Assembly (NCBI GenBank): GCA_964016885.1 | Contig: OZ024746.1 | Span: forward strand, 50,468,001-50,532,000 | Direction: 5' to 3' | Source of the DNA: Eledone cirrhosa | Taxonomy: Eukaryota | Length of the DNA stretch: 64,000 nucleotides | In this document: piece after piece, positions 11,001 through 25,100 of the stretch | Layout: the number at the start of each line of letters is the position of its first letter | Numbering within the stretch: position 1 is the first letter of the stretch | Program-made: the position numbers and the translations under genes | Notes under the pieces: generated by a model | What the model saw: the letters and a program-made list of their open reading frames with translations, nothing else | What the model was told of the DNA's origin: nothing | The model's database searches: none

Positions 11001-14000
11001 ATATTTTGTATTTTTCAAAATTTTTTCAACGTGCCGAAACACAATGTAAAAACGCATATTTTTGAAAAAAAACATTTTTTCCAAATACTGTGTAAAATGA
11101 TCAATTTGTGAAAAACCGATTTCGAAAATTGATATATATTTTGTATTTTTCAAAAATTTTGCGTGTCGAAACACGATGTATAAACGCATTTTTTTAAAAA
11201 AAAAACATTTTTTCTAAAAATGATCAATTTGTGAAAAACCTAAAAATATCAATTTTAGATACCAGAACTAAATATTTCGAAATGTATAAAAAAATTGATT
11301 ATTTTAGGTTTTTCACAAATTCATCATTTTACACAGTATTTCGAAAAATTGTTTTTTTTCAAAAAAGATTGATTTTTTTTCTTTCGAAATGTATACTTTC
11401 TGATTTCGAAAATTGACATATATTTTGTATTTTTCAAAAGTTTTTCAACGTGTCGAAACACAATGCATAAACGCATTTTTTAAAAAAAAACATTTTTTCT
11501 AAATACTTTGTAAAATGATCGATTTGTGAAAAACCCCAAAAAATCAATTTTAGATATCAGAAGTAAATATTTCGAAATGTATAAAAAAATTGATTATTTT
11601 AGGTTTTTCACAAATTGATCATTTTACACAGTATTTCGAAAAATTGTTTTTTTTCAAAAAAGTTTGATTTTTTTTCGATTACGAAAATTGATATATATTT
11701 TGTATTTTTCAAAAATTTTTCAACGTGTCGAAACACAATGTATGAACGCATTATTTTGAAAAAAAACATTTTTTCCAAATATTGTGTAAAGTGATCAATT
11801 TGTGAAAAACCTAAAAATATCAATTTTAGATACCAGAAGTAAATATTTCGAAATGTATAAAAAAATTGATTATTTTAGGTTTTTCACAAATTGATCATTT
11901 TACACAGTATTTCGAAAAATTGTTTTTTTTCAAAAAAGTGATTTTTTTTCGATTTCGAAAATTGATATGTATTTTGTATTTTTCAATAATTTTTCAAAGT
12001 GTCGAAACACGATAAAAAACATTTTTTCTAAAAATGATCAATTTGTGAAAAACCGAAAAAAATCAATTTTAGAAATCAGAAGTAAATATTTCGAAATGTA
12101 TAAAAAAATTGATTATTTTAGGTTTTTCACAAATTGATCATTTTACGCAGTATTTCGAAAAATTGTTTTTTTTCAAAAAAGTGATTTTTTTTCGATTTCG
12201 AAAATTGATATGTATTTTGTATTTTTCAAAAATTTTTCAACGTGTCGAAAAACAACGTATAAACGCATTTTTAAAAAAAAAAACATTTTTTCTAAATATT
12301 GTGTAAAGGTGAAAAACCTAAAAAAATCAATTTTAGATATCAGAAGTAAATATTTCGAAATGTATAAAAAAATTGATTATTTTAGGTTTTTCACAAATTG
12401 ATCATTTTACACAGTACTTCGAAAAATTGTTTTTTTTCAAAAAAGTTTGATTTTTTTTCGATTTCGAAAATTGATATATATTCTGTATTTTTCAAAAATT
12501 TTTCAACGTGTCGAAACACAATGTAAAAACGCATATTTTTGAAAAAAAACATTTTTTCCAAATACTGTGTAAAATGATCAATTTGTGAAAAACCGAAAAA
12601 AATCAATTTTAGAAATCAGAAGTAAATATTTTGAAATGTATAAAAATATTGATTATTTTAGGTTTTTCACAAATTGATCATTTTACACAGTATTTCGAAA
12701 AATTGTTTTTTTTCAGAAAAGATTGATTTTTTTCTTTCGAAATATATACTTTCTGATTTCGAAAATTGATATATATTTTGTATTTTTCAAAAATTTTTCA
12801 ACGTGTCGAAACACAATGTATAAACGCATTATTTTGAAAAAAAACATTTTTTCCAAATATTGTGTAAAGTGATCAATTTGTGAAAAACCTAAAAATATCA
12901 ATTTTAGATACCAGAACTAAATATTTCGAAATGTATAAAAAAATTGATTATTTTAGGTTTTTCACAAATTGATCATTTTACACAGTATTTCGAAAAATTG
13001 TTTTTTTTCAGAAAAGATTGATTTTTTTTCTTTCGAAATATATACTTTCTGATTTCAAAAATTGATATATATTTTGTATTTTTCAAAAATTTTTCAACGT
13101 GTCGAAACACAATGCATAAACGCATTTTTTTAAAAAAAAACATTTTTTCTAAATACTTTGTAAAATGATCGATTTGTGAAAAACCCCAAAAAATAAATTT
13201 TAGATATCAGAAGTAAATATTTCGATGAATAAACGCATTTTTTTGAAAAAAAACATTTCATCCAAAAAGTGATCAATTTATGAAAAACCTAAAAATATCA
13301 ATTTTAGAAATCAGAAGTAAATATTTCGAAAAGTATAAAAAAATTGATTATTTTAGGTTTTTCACAAAATGATCAATTTGTGCAAAACCAAAAAAAATCA
13401 ATTTTAGATATCAGAAGTAAATATTTCGAAATGTATAAAAAAATTGATTATTTTAGGTTTTTCACAAATTGATCATTTTACACAGTATTTCGAAAAATTG
13501 TTTTTTTTCAAAAAAGTTTGATTTTTTTTCGATTTCGAAAATTGATATATATTTTGTATTTTTCAAAAATTTTTCAACGTGCCGAAACACAATGTAAAAA
13601 CGCATATTTTTGAAAAAAAACATTTTTTCCAAATACTGTGTAAAATGATCAATTTGTGAAAAACCGATTTCGAAAATTGATATATATTTTGTATTTTTCA
13701 AAAATTTTGCGTGTCGAAACACGATGTATAAACGCATTTTTTTAAAAAAAAAACATTTTTTCTAAAAATGATCAATTTGTGAAAAACCGAAAAAAATCAA
13801 TTTTAGAAATCAGAAGTAAATATTTCGAAATGTATAAAAAAATTGATTATTTTAGGTTTTTCACAAATTGATTATTTTACACAGTATTTCGAAAAATTGT
13901 TTTTTTTCAGAAAAGATTGATTTTTTTTCTTTCGAAATATATACTTTCTGATTTCGAAAATTGATATATATTTTGTATTTTTCAAAAATTTTTCAACGTG

Positions 14001-17000
14001 TCGAAACACAATGTATAAACGCATTATTTTGAAAAAAAACATTTTTTCCAAATATTGTGTAAAGTGATCAATTTGTGAAAAACCTAAAAATATCAATTTT
14101 AGATACCAGAACTAAATATTTCGAAATGTATAAAAAAATTGATTATTTTAGGTTTTTCACAAATTGATCATTTTACACAGTATTTCGAAAAATTGTTTTT
14201 TTTCAAAAAAGTTTGATTTTTTTTCGATTACGAAAATTGATATATATTTTGTATTTTTCAAAAATTTTTCAACGTGTCGAAACACAATGTATAAACGCAT
14301 TATTTTGAAAAAAAACATTTTTTCCAAATATTGTGTAAAGTGATCAATTTGTGAAAAACCTAAAAATATCAATTTTAGATACCAGAAGTAAATATTTCGA
14401 AATGTATAAAAAAATTGATTATTTTAGGTTTTTCACAAATTCATCATTTTACACAGTATTTCGAAAAATTGTTTTTTTTCAAAAAAGTTTGATTTTTTTT
14501 CGATTTCGAAAATTGATATATATTTTGTATTTTTCAAAAATTTTTCAACGTGTCGAAACAATGTATAAACGCATTTTTTTAAAAAAAAACATTTTTTCTA
14601 AATACTGTGTAAAATGATCAATTTGTGAAAAACCGAAAAAAATCAATTTTAGAAATCTGAAGTAAATATTTTGAAATGTATAAAAAATTGATTATTTTAG
14701 GTTTTTCACAAATTGATCATTTTACACAGTATTTCGAAAAATTGTTTTTTTTCAGAAAAGTTTGATTTATTTTCGATTTAGAAAATTGATATATATTTTG
14801 TATTTTTCAAAAGTTTTTCAACGTGTCGAAACACAATGTATAAACGCATTTTTTTAAAAAAAAACATTTTTTCTAAATATTGTGTAAAGTGATCGATTTG
14901 TGAAAAACCCCAAAAAATCAATTTTAGATATCAGAAGTAAATATTTCGAAATGTATAAAAAAATTAATTATTTTAGGTTTTTCACAAATTGATCATTTTA
15001 CACAGTATTTCGAAAAATTGTTTTTTTTCAAAAAAGTGATTTTTTTTCGATTTCGAAAATTGATATGTATTTTGTATTTTTCAATAATTTTTCAAAGTGT
15101 CGAAACACGATAAAAAACATTTTTTCTAAAAATGATCAATTTGTGAAAAACCGAAAAAAATCAATTTTAGAAATCAGAAGTAAATATTTCGAAATGTATA
15201 AAAAAATTGATTATTTTAGGTTTTTCACAAATTGATCATTTTACGCAGTATTTCGAAAAATTGTTTTTTTTCAAAAAAGTGATTTTTTTTCGATTTCGAA
15301 AATTGATATGTATTTTGTATTTTTCAATAATTTTTCAAAGTGTCGAAACACGATAAAAAACATTTTTTCTAAAAATGATCAATTTGTGAAAAACCGAAAA
15401 AAATCAATTTTAGAAATCAGAAGTAAATATTTTGAAATGTATAAAAATATTGATTATTTTAGGTTTTGATCATTTTACACAGTATTTCGAAAAATTGTTT
15501 TTTTCAAAAAAGATTGATTTTTTTTCTTTCGAAATATATACTTTCTGATATCGAAAATTGATATATATTTTGTATTTTTCAAAAATTTTTCAACGTGTCG
15601 AAACACGATGAATAAACGCATTATTTTGAAAAAAAACATTTTTTCCAAATATTATGTAAAGTGATCAATTTGTGAAAAACCTAAAAATATCAATTTTAGA
15701 TACCAGAACTAAATATTTCGAAATGTATAAAAAAATTGATTATTTTAGGTTTTTCACAAATTGATCATTTTACACAGTATTTCGAAAAATTGTTTTTTTT
15801 CAAAAAAGTGATCTTTTTTCGATTTCGAAAATTGATATGTATTTTGTAAAATTGTTTTTTTTCAGAAAAGATTGATTTTTATCTTTCGAAATATATACTT
15901 TCTGATTTCGAAAATTGATATATATTTTGTATTTTTCAAAAATTTTTCAACGTGTCGAAACACAATGTAAAAACGCATATTTTTGAAAAAAAACATTTTT
16001 TCCAAATATTGTGTAAAGTGATCAATTTGTGAAAAACCTAAAAATATAAATGTTAGATACCAGAACTAAATATTTCGAAATGTATAAAAAAATTGATTAT
16101 TTTAGGTTTTTCACAAATTGATCATTTTACACAGTATTTCGAAAAATTGTTTTTTTTCAGAAAAGATTGATTTTTTTTCTTTCGAAATATATACTTTCTG
16201 ATTTCAAAAATTAATATATATTTTGTATTTTTCAAAAATTTTTCAACGTGTCGAAACACAATCCATAAACGCATTTTTTAAAAAAAAACATTTTTTCTAA
16301 ATACTTTGTAAAATGATCGATTTGTGAAAAACCCCAAAAAATCAATTTTAGATATCAGAAGTAAATATTTCGAAATGTATAAAAAAATTGATTATTTTAG
16401 GTTTTTCACAAATTGATCATTTTACACAGTATTTCGAAAAATTGTTTTTTTTCAAAAAAGTTTGATTTTTTTTCGATTACGAAAATTGATATATATTTTG
16501 TATTTTTCAAAAATTTTTCAACGTGTCGAAACACAATGTATAAACGCATTATTTTGAAAAAAAACATTTTTTCCAAATATTGTGTAAAGTGATCAATTTG
16601 TGAAAAACCTAAAAATATCAATTTTAGATACCAGAAGTAAATATTTCGAAATGTATAAAAAAATTGATTATTTTAGGTTTTTCACAAATTGATCATTTTA
16701 CGCAGTATTTCGAAAAATTGTTTTTTTCAAAAAAGATTGATTTTTTTTCTTTCGAAATATATACTTTCTGATATCGAAAATTGATATATATTTTGTATTT
16801 TTCAAAAATTTTTCAACGTGTCGAAACACGATGAATAAACGCATTATTTTGAAAAAAAACATTTTTTCCAAATATTGTGTAAAGTGATCAATTTGTGAAA
16901 AACCTAAAAATATCAATTTTAGATACCAGAAGTAAATATTTCGAAATGTATAAAAAAATTGATTATTTTAGGTTTTTCACAAATTGATCATTTTACACAG

Positions 17001-20000
17001 TATTTCGAAAAATTGTTTTTTTTCAAAAAAGTCATTTTTTTTCGATTTCGAAAATTGATATGTATTTTGTATTTTTCAAAAATTTTTCAACGTGTCGAAA
17101 CACAACGTATAAACGCATTTTTTAAAAAAAAAACATTTTTACTAAATATTGTGTAAAGGTGAAAAACCTAAAAAAATCAATTTTAGATATCAGAAGTAAA
17201 TATTTCGAAATGTATAAAAAAATTGATTATTTTAGGTTTTTCACAAATTGATCATTTTACACAGTATTTCGAAAAATTGTTTTTTTTCAAAAAAGTTTGA
17301 TTTTTTTTCGATTTCGAAAATTGATATATATTTTGAATTTTTCAAAAATTTTTCAACGTGTCGAAACACGATGAATAAACGCATAATTTTGAAAAAAAAC
17401 ATTTTTTCCAAATATTGTGTAAAGTGATCAATTTGTGAAAAACCTAAAAATATCAATTTTAGATACCAGAAGTAAATATTTCGAAATGTATAAAAAAATT
17501 GATTATTTTAGGTTTTTCACAAATTGATCATTTTACACAGTATTTCGAAAAATTGTTTTTTTTCAAAAAAGTGATTTTTTTTCGATTTCGAAAATTGATA
17601 TGTATTTTGTATTTTTCAAAAATTTTTCAACGTGTCGAAACACAACGTATAAACGCATTTTTTAAAAAAAAAACATTTTTTCTAAATATTGTGTAAAGGT
17701 GAAAAACCTAAAAAAATCAATTTTAGATATCAGAAGTAAATATTTCGAAATGTATAAAAAAATTGATTATTTTAGGTTTTTCACAAATTCATCATTTTAC
17801 ACAGTATTTCGAAAAATTGTTTTTTTTCAAAAAAGTTTGATTTTTTTTCGATTTCGAAAATTGATATATATTTTGTATTTTTCAAAAATTTTTCAACGTG
17901 TCGAAACAATGTATAAACGCATTTTTTTAAAAAAAAACATTTTTTCTAAATACTGTGTAAAATGATCAATTTGTGAAAAACCGAAAAAAATCAATTTTAG
18001 AAATCAGAAGTAAATATTTCGAAATGTATAAAAAATTGATTATTTTAGGTTTTTCACAAATTGATCATTTTACACAGTATTTCGAAAAATTGTTTTTTTT
18101 CAGAAAAGTTTGATTATTTTCGATTTAGAAAATTGATATATATTTTGTATTTTTCAAAAGTTTTTCAACGTGTCGAAACACAATGTATAAACGCATTTTT
18201 TTAAAAAAAAACATTTTTTCTAAATATTGTGTAAAGTGATCGATTTGTGAAAAACCCAAAAAAATCAATTTTAGATATCAGAAGTAAATATTTCGAAATG
18301 TATAAAAAAATTGATTATTTTAGGTTTTTCACAAATTGATCATTTTACACAGTATTTCGAAAAATTGTTTTTTTTCAAAAAAGTGATTTTTTTTCGATTT
18401 CGAAAATCGATATGTATTTTGTATTTTTCAAAAATTTTTCAACGTGTCGAAACACAACATATAAACGCATTTTTTAAAAAAAAAACATTTTTTCTAAATA
18501 TTGTGTAAAGGTGAAAAACCTAAAAAAATCAATTTTAGATATCAGAAGTAAATATTTCGAAATGTATAAAAAAATTGATTATTTTAGGTTTTTCACAAAT
18601 TGATCATTTTACACAGTATTTCGAAAAATTGTTTTTTTTCAAAAAAGTTTGATTATTTTAGGTTTTTCACAAATTGATCATTTTACACAGTATTTCGAAA
18701 AATTGTTTTTTTTCAAAAAAGTGATTTTTTTTCGATTTCGAAAATTGATATGTATTTTGTATTTTTCAATAATTTTTCAAAGTGTCGAAACACGATAAAA
18801 AACATTTTTTCTAAAAATGATCAATTTGTGAAAAACCGAAAAAAATCAATTTTAGAAATCAGAAGTAAATATTTCGAAATGTATAAAAAAATTGATTATT
18901 TTAGGTTTTTCACAAATTGATCATATTACACAGTATTTCGAAAAATTGTTTTTATTCAGAAAAGATTGAATTTTTATCTTTCTGATTTCGAAAATTGATA
19001 TATATTTTTTATTTTTCAAAAATTTTTCAACGTGTCGAAACACAATGTATAAACGCATTTTTTGGAAAAAAAAACATTTTTTCCAAATACTGTGTAAAAT
19101 GATCAATTTGTGAAAAACCGAAAAAAATCAATTTTAGAAATCAGAAGTAAATATTTCTAAATGTATAAAAAATTGATTATTTTAGGTTTTTCACAAATTG
19201 ATCATTTTACACAGTATTTCGAAAAATTGTTTTTTTTCAGAAAAGATTGATTTTTTTCTTTCGAAATATATACTTTCTGATTTCGAAAATTGATATATAT
19301 TTTGTATTTTTCAAAAATTTTTCAACGTGTCGAAACACAATGTATAAACGCATTATTTTGAAAAAAAACATTTTTTCCAAATATTGTGTAAAGTGATCAA
19401 TTTGTGAAAAACCTAAAAATATCAATTTTAGATACCAGAACTAAATATTTCGAAATGTATAAAAAAATTGATTATTTTAGGTTTTTCACAAATTGATCAT
19501 TTTACACAGTATTTCGAAAAATTGTTTTTTTTCAGAAAAGATTGATTTTTTTTCTTTCGAAATATATACTTTCTGATTTCAAAAATTGATATATATTTTG
19601 TATTTTTCAAAAATTTTTCAACGTGTCGAAACAAAATGCATAAACGCATTTTTTTTAAAAAAAACATTTTTTCTAAATACTTTGTAAAATGATCGATTTG
19701 TGAAAAACCCCAAAAAATAAATTTTAGATATCAGAAGTAAATATTTCGATGAATAAACGCATTTTTTTGAAAAAAAACATTTCATCCAAAAAGTGATCAA
19801 TTTATGAAAAACCTAAAAATATCAATTTTAGAAATCAGAAGTAAATATTTCGAAAAGTATAAAAAAATTGATTATTTTAGGTTTTTCACAAAATGATCAA
19901 TTTGTGCAAAACCAAAAAAAATCAATTTTAGATATCAGAAGTAAATATTTCGAAATGTATAAAAAAATTGATTATTTTAGGTTTTTCACAAATTGATCAT

Positions 20001-22150
20001 TTTACACAGTATTTCGAAAAATTGTTTTTTTTCAAAAAAGTTTGATTTTTTTTCGATTTCGAAAATTGATATATATTTTGTATTTTTCAAAAATTTTTCA
20101 ACGTGCCGAAACACAATGTAAAAACGCATATTTTTGAAAAAAAACATTTTTTCCAAATACTGTGTAAAATGATCAATTTGTGAAAAACCGATTTCGAAAA
20201 TTGATATATATTTTGTATTTTTCAAAAATTTTGCGTGTCGAAACACGATGTATAGACGCATTTTTTTAAAAAAAAAACATTTTTTCTAAAAATGATCAAT
20301 TTGTGAAAAACCGAAAAAATCAATTTTAGAAATCAGAAGTAAATATTTCGAAATGTATAAAAAAATTGATTATTTTAGGTTTTTCACAAATTGATTATTT
20401 TACACAGTATTTCGAAAAATTGTTTTTTTTCAGAAAAGATTGATTTTTTTCTTTCGAAATATATACTTTCTGATTTCGAAAATTGATATATATTTTGTAT
20501 TTTTCAAAAATTTTTCAACGTGTATTTTGTGTATTTTTGTATTTTTAAAAAATTTTTCAACGTGTATTTTGTGTATTTTTGTATTTTTCAAAAATTTTTC
20601 AACGTGTCGAAACACAATGTATAAACGCATTATTTTGAAAAAAAACATTTTTTCCAAATATTGTGTAAAGTGATCAATTTGTGAAAAACCTAAAAATATC
20701 AATTTTAGATACCAGAAGTAAATATTTCGAAATGTATAAAAAAATTGATTATTTTAGGTTTTTCACAAATTGATCATTTTACGCAGTATTTCGAAAAATT
20801 GTTTTTTTTCAAAAAAGTTTGATTTTTTTCCGATTTCGAAAATTGATATATATTCTGTATTTTTCAAAAATTTTTCAACGTGTCGAAACACAATGTAAAA
20901 ACGCATATTTTTGAAAAAAAACATTTTTTCCAAATACTGTGTAAAATGATCAATTTGTGAAAAACCGAAAAAAATCAATTTTAGAAATCAGAAGTAAATA
21001 TTTTGAAATGTATAAAAATATTGATTATTTTAGGTTTTTCACAAATTGATCATTTTACACAGTATTTCGAAAAATTGTTTTTTTCAAAAAAGATTGATTT
21101 TTTTTCTTTCGAAATATATACTTTCTGATATCGAAAATTGATATATATTTTGTATTTTTCAAAAATTTTTCAACGTGTCGAAACACGATGAATAAACGCA
21201 TTATTTTGAAAAAAAACATTTTTTCCAAATATTATGTAAAGTGATCAATTTGTGAAAAACCTAAAAATATCAATTTTAGATACCAGAACTAAATATTTCG
21301 AAATGTATAAAAAAATTGATTATTTTAGGTTTTTCACAAATTGATCATTTTACACAGTATTTCGAAAAATTGTTTTTTTTCAGAAAAGATTGATTTTTTT
21401 TCTTTCGAAATATATACTTTCTGATTTCAAAAATTGATATATATTTTGTATTTTTCAAAAATTTTTCAACGTGTCGAAACACAATGCATAAACGCATTTT
21501 TTTAAAAAAAACATTTTTTCTAAATACTTTGTAAAATGATCGATTTGTGAAAAACCCCAAAAAATAAATTTTAGATATCAGAAGTAAATATTTCGATGAA
21601 TAAACGCATTTTTTTGAAAAAAAACATTTCATCCAAAAAGTGATCAATTTATGAAAAACCTAAAAATATCAATTTTAGAAATCAGAAGTAAATATTTCGA
21701 AAAGTATAAAAAAATTGATTATTTTAGGTTTTTCACAAAATGATCAATTTGTGCAAAACCGAAAAAAATCAATTTTAGATATCAGAAGTAAATATTTCGA
21801 AATGTATAAAAAAATTGATTATTTTAGGTTTTTCACAAATTGATCATTTTACACAGTATTTCGAAAAACTGTTTTTTTTCAAAAAAGTTTGATTTTTTTT
21901 CGATTTCGAAAATTGATATATATTTTGTATTTTTCAAAAATTTTTCAACGTGCCGAAACACAATGTAAAAACGCATATTTTTGAAAAAAAACATTTTTTC
22001 CAAATACTGTGTAAAATGATCAATTTGTGAAAAACCGATTTCGAAAATTGATATATATTTTGTATTTTTCAAAAATTTTGCGTGTCGAAACACGATGTAT
22101 AAACGCATTTTTTTTAAAAAAAAACATTTTTTCTAAAAATGATCAATTTG
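5050..22150 (+). repeat. Block duplication ~5.05-11.2 kb vs ~15.4-22.1 kb (offset 10313, then ~10835-10918)
   Basis: ORF pairs 6093/16406, 6385/16698, 6846/17699, 8402/19237, 9151/19986 and 9845/20763. The 540-bp offset jump equals one 276 plus one 264 monomer. Confidence 0.82.
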
Positions 22151-25100
22151 TAAAAAACCGAAAAAAATCAATTTTAGAAATCAGAAGTAAATATTTCGAA
22201 ATGTATAAAAAAATTGATTATTTTAGGTTTTTCACAAATTGATTATTTTACACAGTATTTCGAAAAATTGTTTTTTTTCAGAAAAGATTGATTTTTTTTC
22301 TTTCGAAATATATACTTTCTGATTTCGAAAATTGATATATATTTTGTATTTTTCAAAAATTTTTCAACGTGTCGAAACACAATGTATAAACGCATTATTT
22401 TGAAAAAAAACATTTTTTCCAAATATTGTGTAAAGTGATCAATTTGTGAAAAACCTAAAAATATCAATTTTAGATACCAGAACTAAATATTTCGAAATGT
22501 ATAAAAAAATTGATTATTTTAGGTTTTTCACAAATTGATCATTTTACACAGTATTTCGAAAAATTGTTTTTTTTCAAAAAAGTTTGATTTTTTTTCGATT
22601 ACGAAAATTGATATATATTTTGTATTTTTCAAAAATTTTTCAACGTGTCGAAACACAATGTATAAACGCATTATTTTGAAAAAAAACATTTTTTCCAAAT
22701 ATTGTGTAAAGTGATCAATTTGTGAAAAACCTAAAAATATCAATTTTAGATACCAGAAGTAAATATTTCGAAATGTATAAAAAAATTGATTATTTTAGGT
22801 TTTTCACAAATTCATCATTTTACACAGTATTTCGAAAAATTGTTTTTTTTCAAAAAAGTTTGATTTTTTTTCGATTTCGAAAATTGATGTATATTTTGTA
22901 TTTTTCAAAAATTTTTCAACGTGTCGAAACAATGTATAAACGCATTTTTTTAAAAAAAAACATTTTTTCTAAATACTGTGTAAAATGATCAATTTGTGAA
23001 AAACCGAAAAAAATCAATTTTAGAAATCTGAAGTAAATATTTTGAAATGTATAAAAAATTGATTATTTTAGGTTTTTCACAAATTGATCATTTTACACAG
23101 TATTTCGAAAAATTGTTTTTTTTCAGAAAAGTTTGATTTATTTTCGATTTAGAAAATTGATATATATTTTGTATTTTTCAAAAGTTTTTCAACGTGTCGA
23201 AACACAATGTATAAACGCATTTTTTTAAAAAAAAACATTTTTTCTAAATATTGTGTAAAGTGATCGATTTGTGAAAAACCCAAAAAAATCAATTTTCGAT
23301 ATCAGAAGTAAATATTTCGAAATGTATAAAAAAATTTATTATTTTAGGTTTTTCACAAATTGATCATTTTACACAGTATTTCGAAAAATTGTTTTTTTTC
23401 AAAAAAGTGATTTTTTTTCGATTTCGAAAATTGATATGTATTTTGTATTTTTCAATAATTTTTCAAAGTGTCGAAACACGATAAAAAACATTTTTTCTAA
23501 AAATGATCAATTTGTGAAAAACCGAAAAAAATCAATTTTAGAAATCAGAAGTAAATATTTTGAAATGTATAAAAATATTGATTATTTTAGGTTTTGATCA
23601 TTTTACACAGTATTTCGAAAAATTGTTTTTTTCAAAAAAGATTGATTTTTTTTCTTTCGAAATATATACTTTCTGATATCGAAAATTGATATATATTTTG
23701 TATTTTTCAAAAATTTTTCAACGTGTCGAAACACGATGAATAAACGCATTATTTTGAAAAAAAACATTTTTTCCAAATATTATGTAAAGTGATCAATTTG
23801 TGAAAAACCTAAAAATATCAATTTTAGATACCAGAACTAAATATTTCGAAATGTATAAATCAATTTTAGAAATCAGAAGTAAATATTTTGAAATGTATAA
23901 AAAAATTGATTATTTTAGGTTTTTCACAAATTGATCATTTTACACAGTATTTCGAAAAATTGTTTTTTTTCAAAAAAGTGATCTTTTTTCGATTTCGAAA
24001 ATTGATATGTATTTTGTAAAATTGTTTTTTTTCAGAAAAGATTGATTTTTATCTTTCGAAATATATACTTTCTGATTTCGAAAATTGATATATATTTTGT
24101 ATTTTTCAAAAATTTTTCAACGTGTCGAAACACAATGTAAAAACGCATATTTTTGAAAAAAAACATTTTTTCCAAATTTGTGAAAAACCTAAAAATATAA
24201 ATGTTAGATACCAGAACTAAATATTTCGAAATGTATAAAAAAATTGATTATTTTAGGTTTTTCACAAATTGATCATTTTACACAGTATTTCGAAAAATTG
24301 TTTTTTTTCAGAAAAGATTGATTTTTTTTCTTTCGAAATATATACTTTCTGATTTCAAAAATTAATATATATTTTGTATTTTTCAAAAATTTTTCAACGT
24401 GTCGAAACACAATCCATAAACGCATTTTTTAAAAAAAAACATTTTTTCTAAATACTTTGTAAAATGATCGATTTGTGAAAAACCCCAAAAAATCAATTTT
24501 AGATATCAGAAGTAAATATTTCGAAATGTATAAAAAAATTGATTATTTTAGGTTTTTCACAAATTGATCATTTTACACAGTATTTCGAAAAATTGTTTTT
24601 TTTCAAAAAAGTTTGATTTTTTTTCGATTACGAAAATTGATATATATTTTGTATTTTTCAAAAATTTTTCAACGTGTCGAAACACAATGTATAAACGCAT
24701 TATTTTGAAAAAAAACATTTTTTCCAAATATTGTGTAAAGTGATCAATTTGTGAAAAACCTAAAAATATCAATTTTAGATACCAGAAGTAAATATTTCGA
24801 AATGTATAAAAAAATTGATTATTTTAGGTTTTTCACAAATTGATCATTTTACGCAGTATTTCGAAAAATTGTTTTTTTCAAAAAAGATTGATTTTTTTTC
24901 TTTCGAAATATATACTTTCTGATATCGAAAATTGATATATATTTTGTATTTTTCAAAAATTTTTCAACGTGTCGAAACACGATGAATAAACGCATTATTT
25001 TGAAAAAAAACATTTTTTCCAAATATTGTGTAAAGTGATCAATTTGTGAAAAACCTAAAAATATCAATTTTAGATACCAGAAGTAAATATTTCGAAATGT

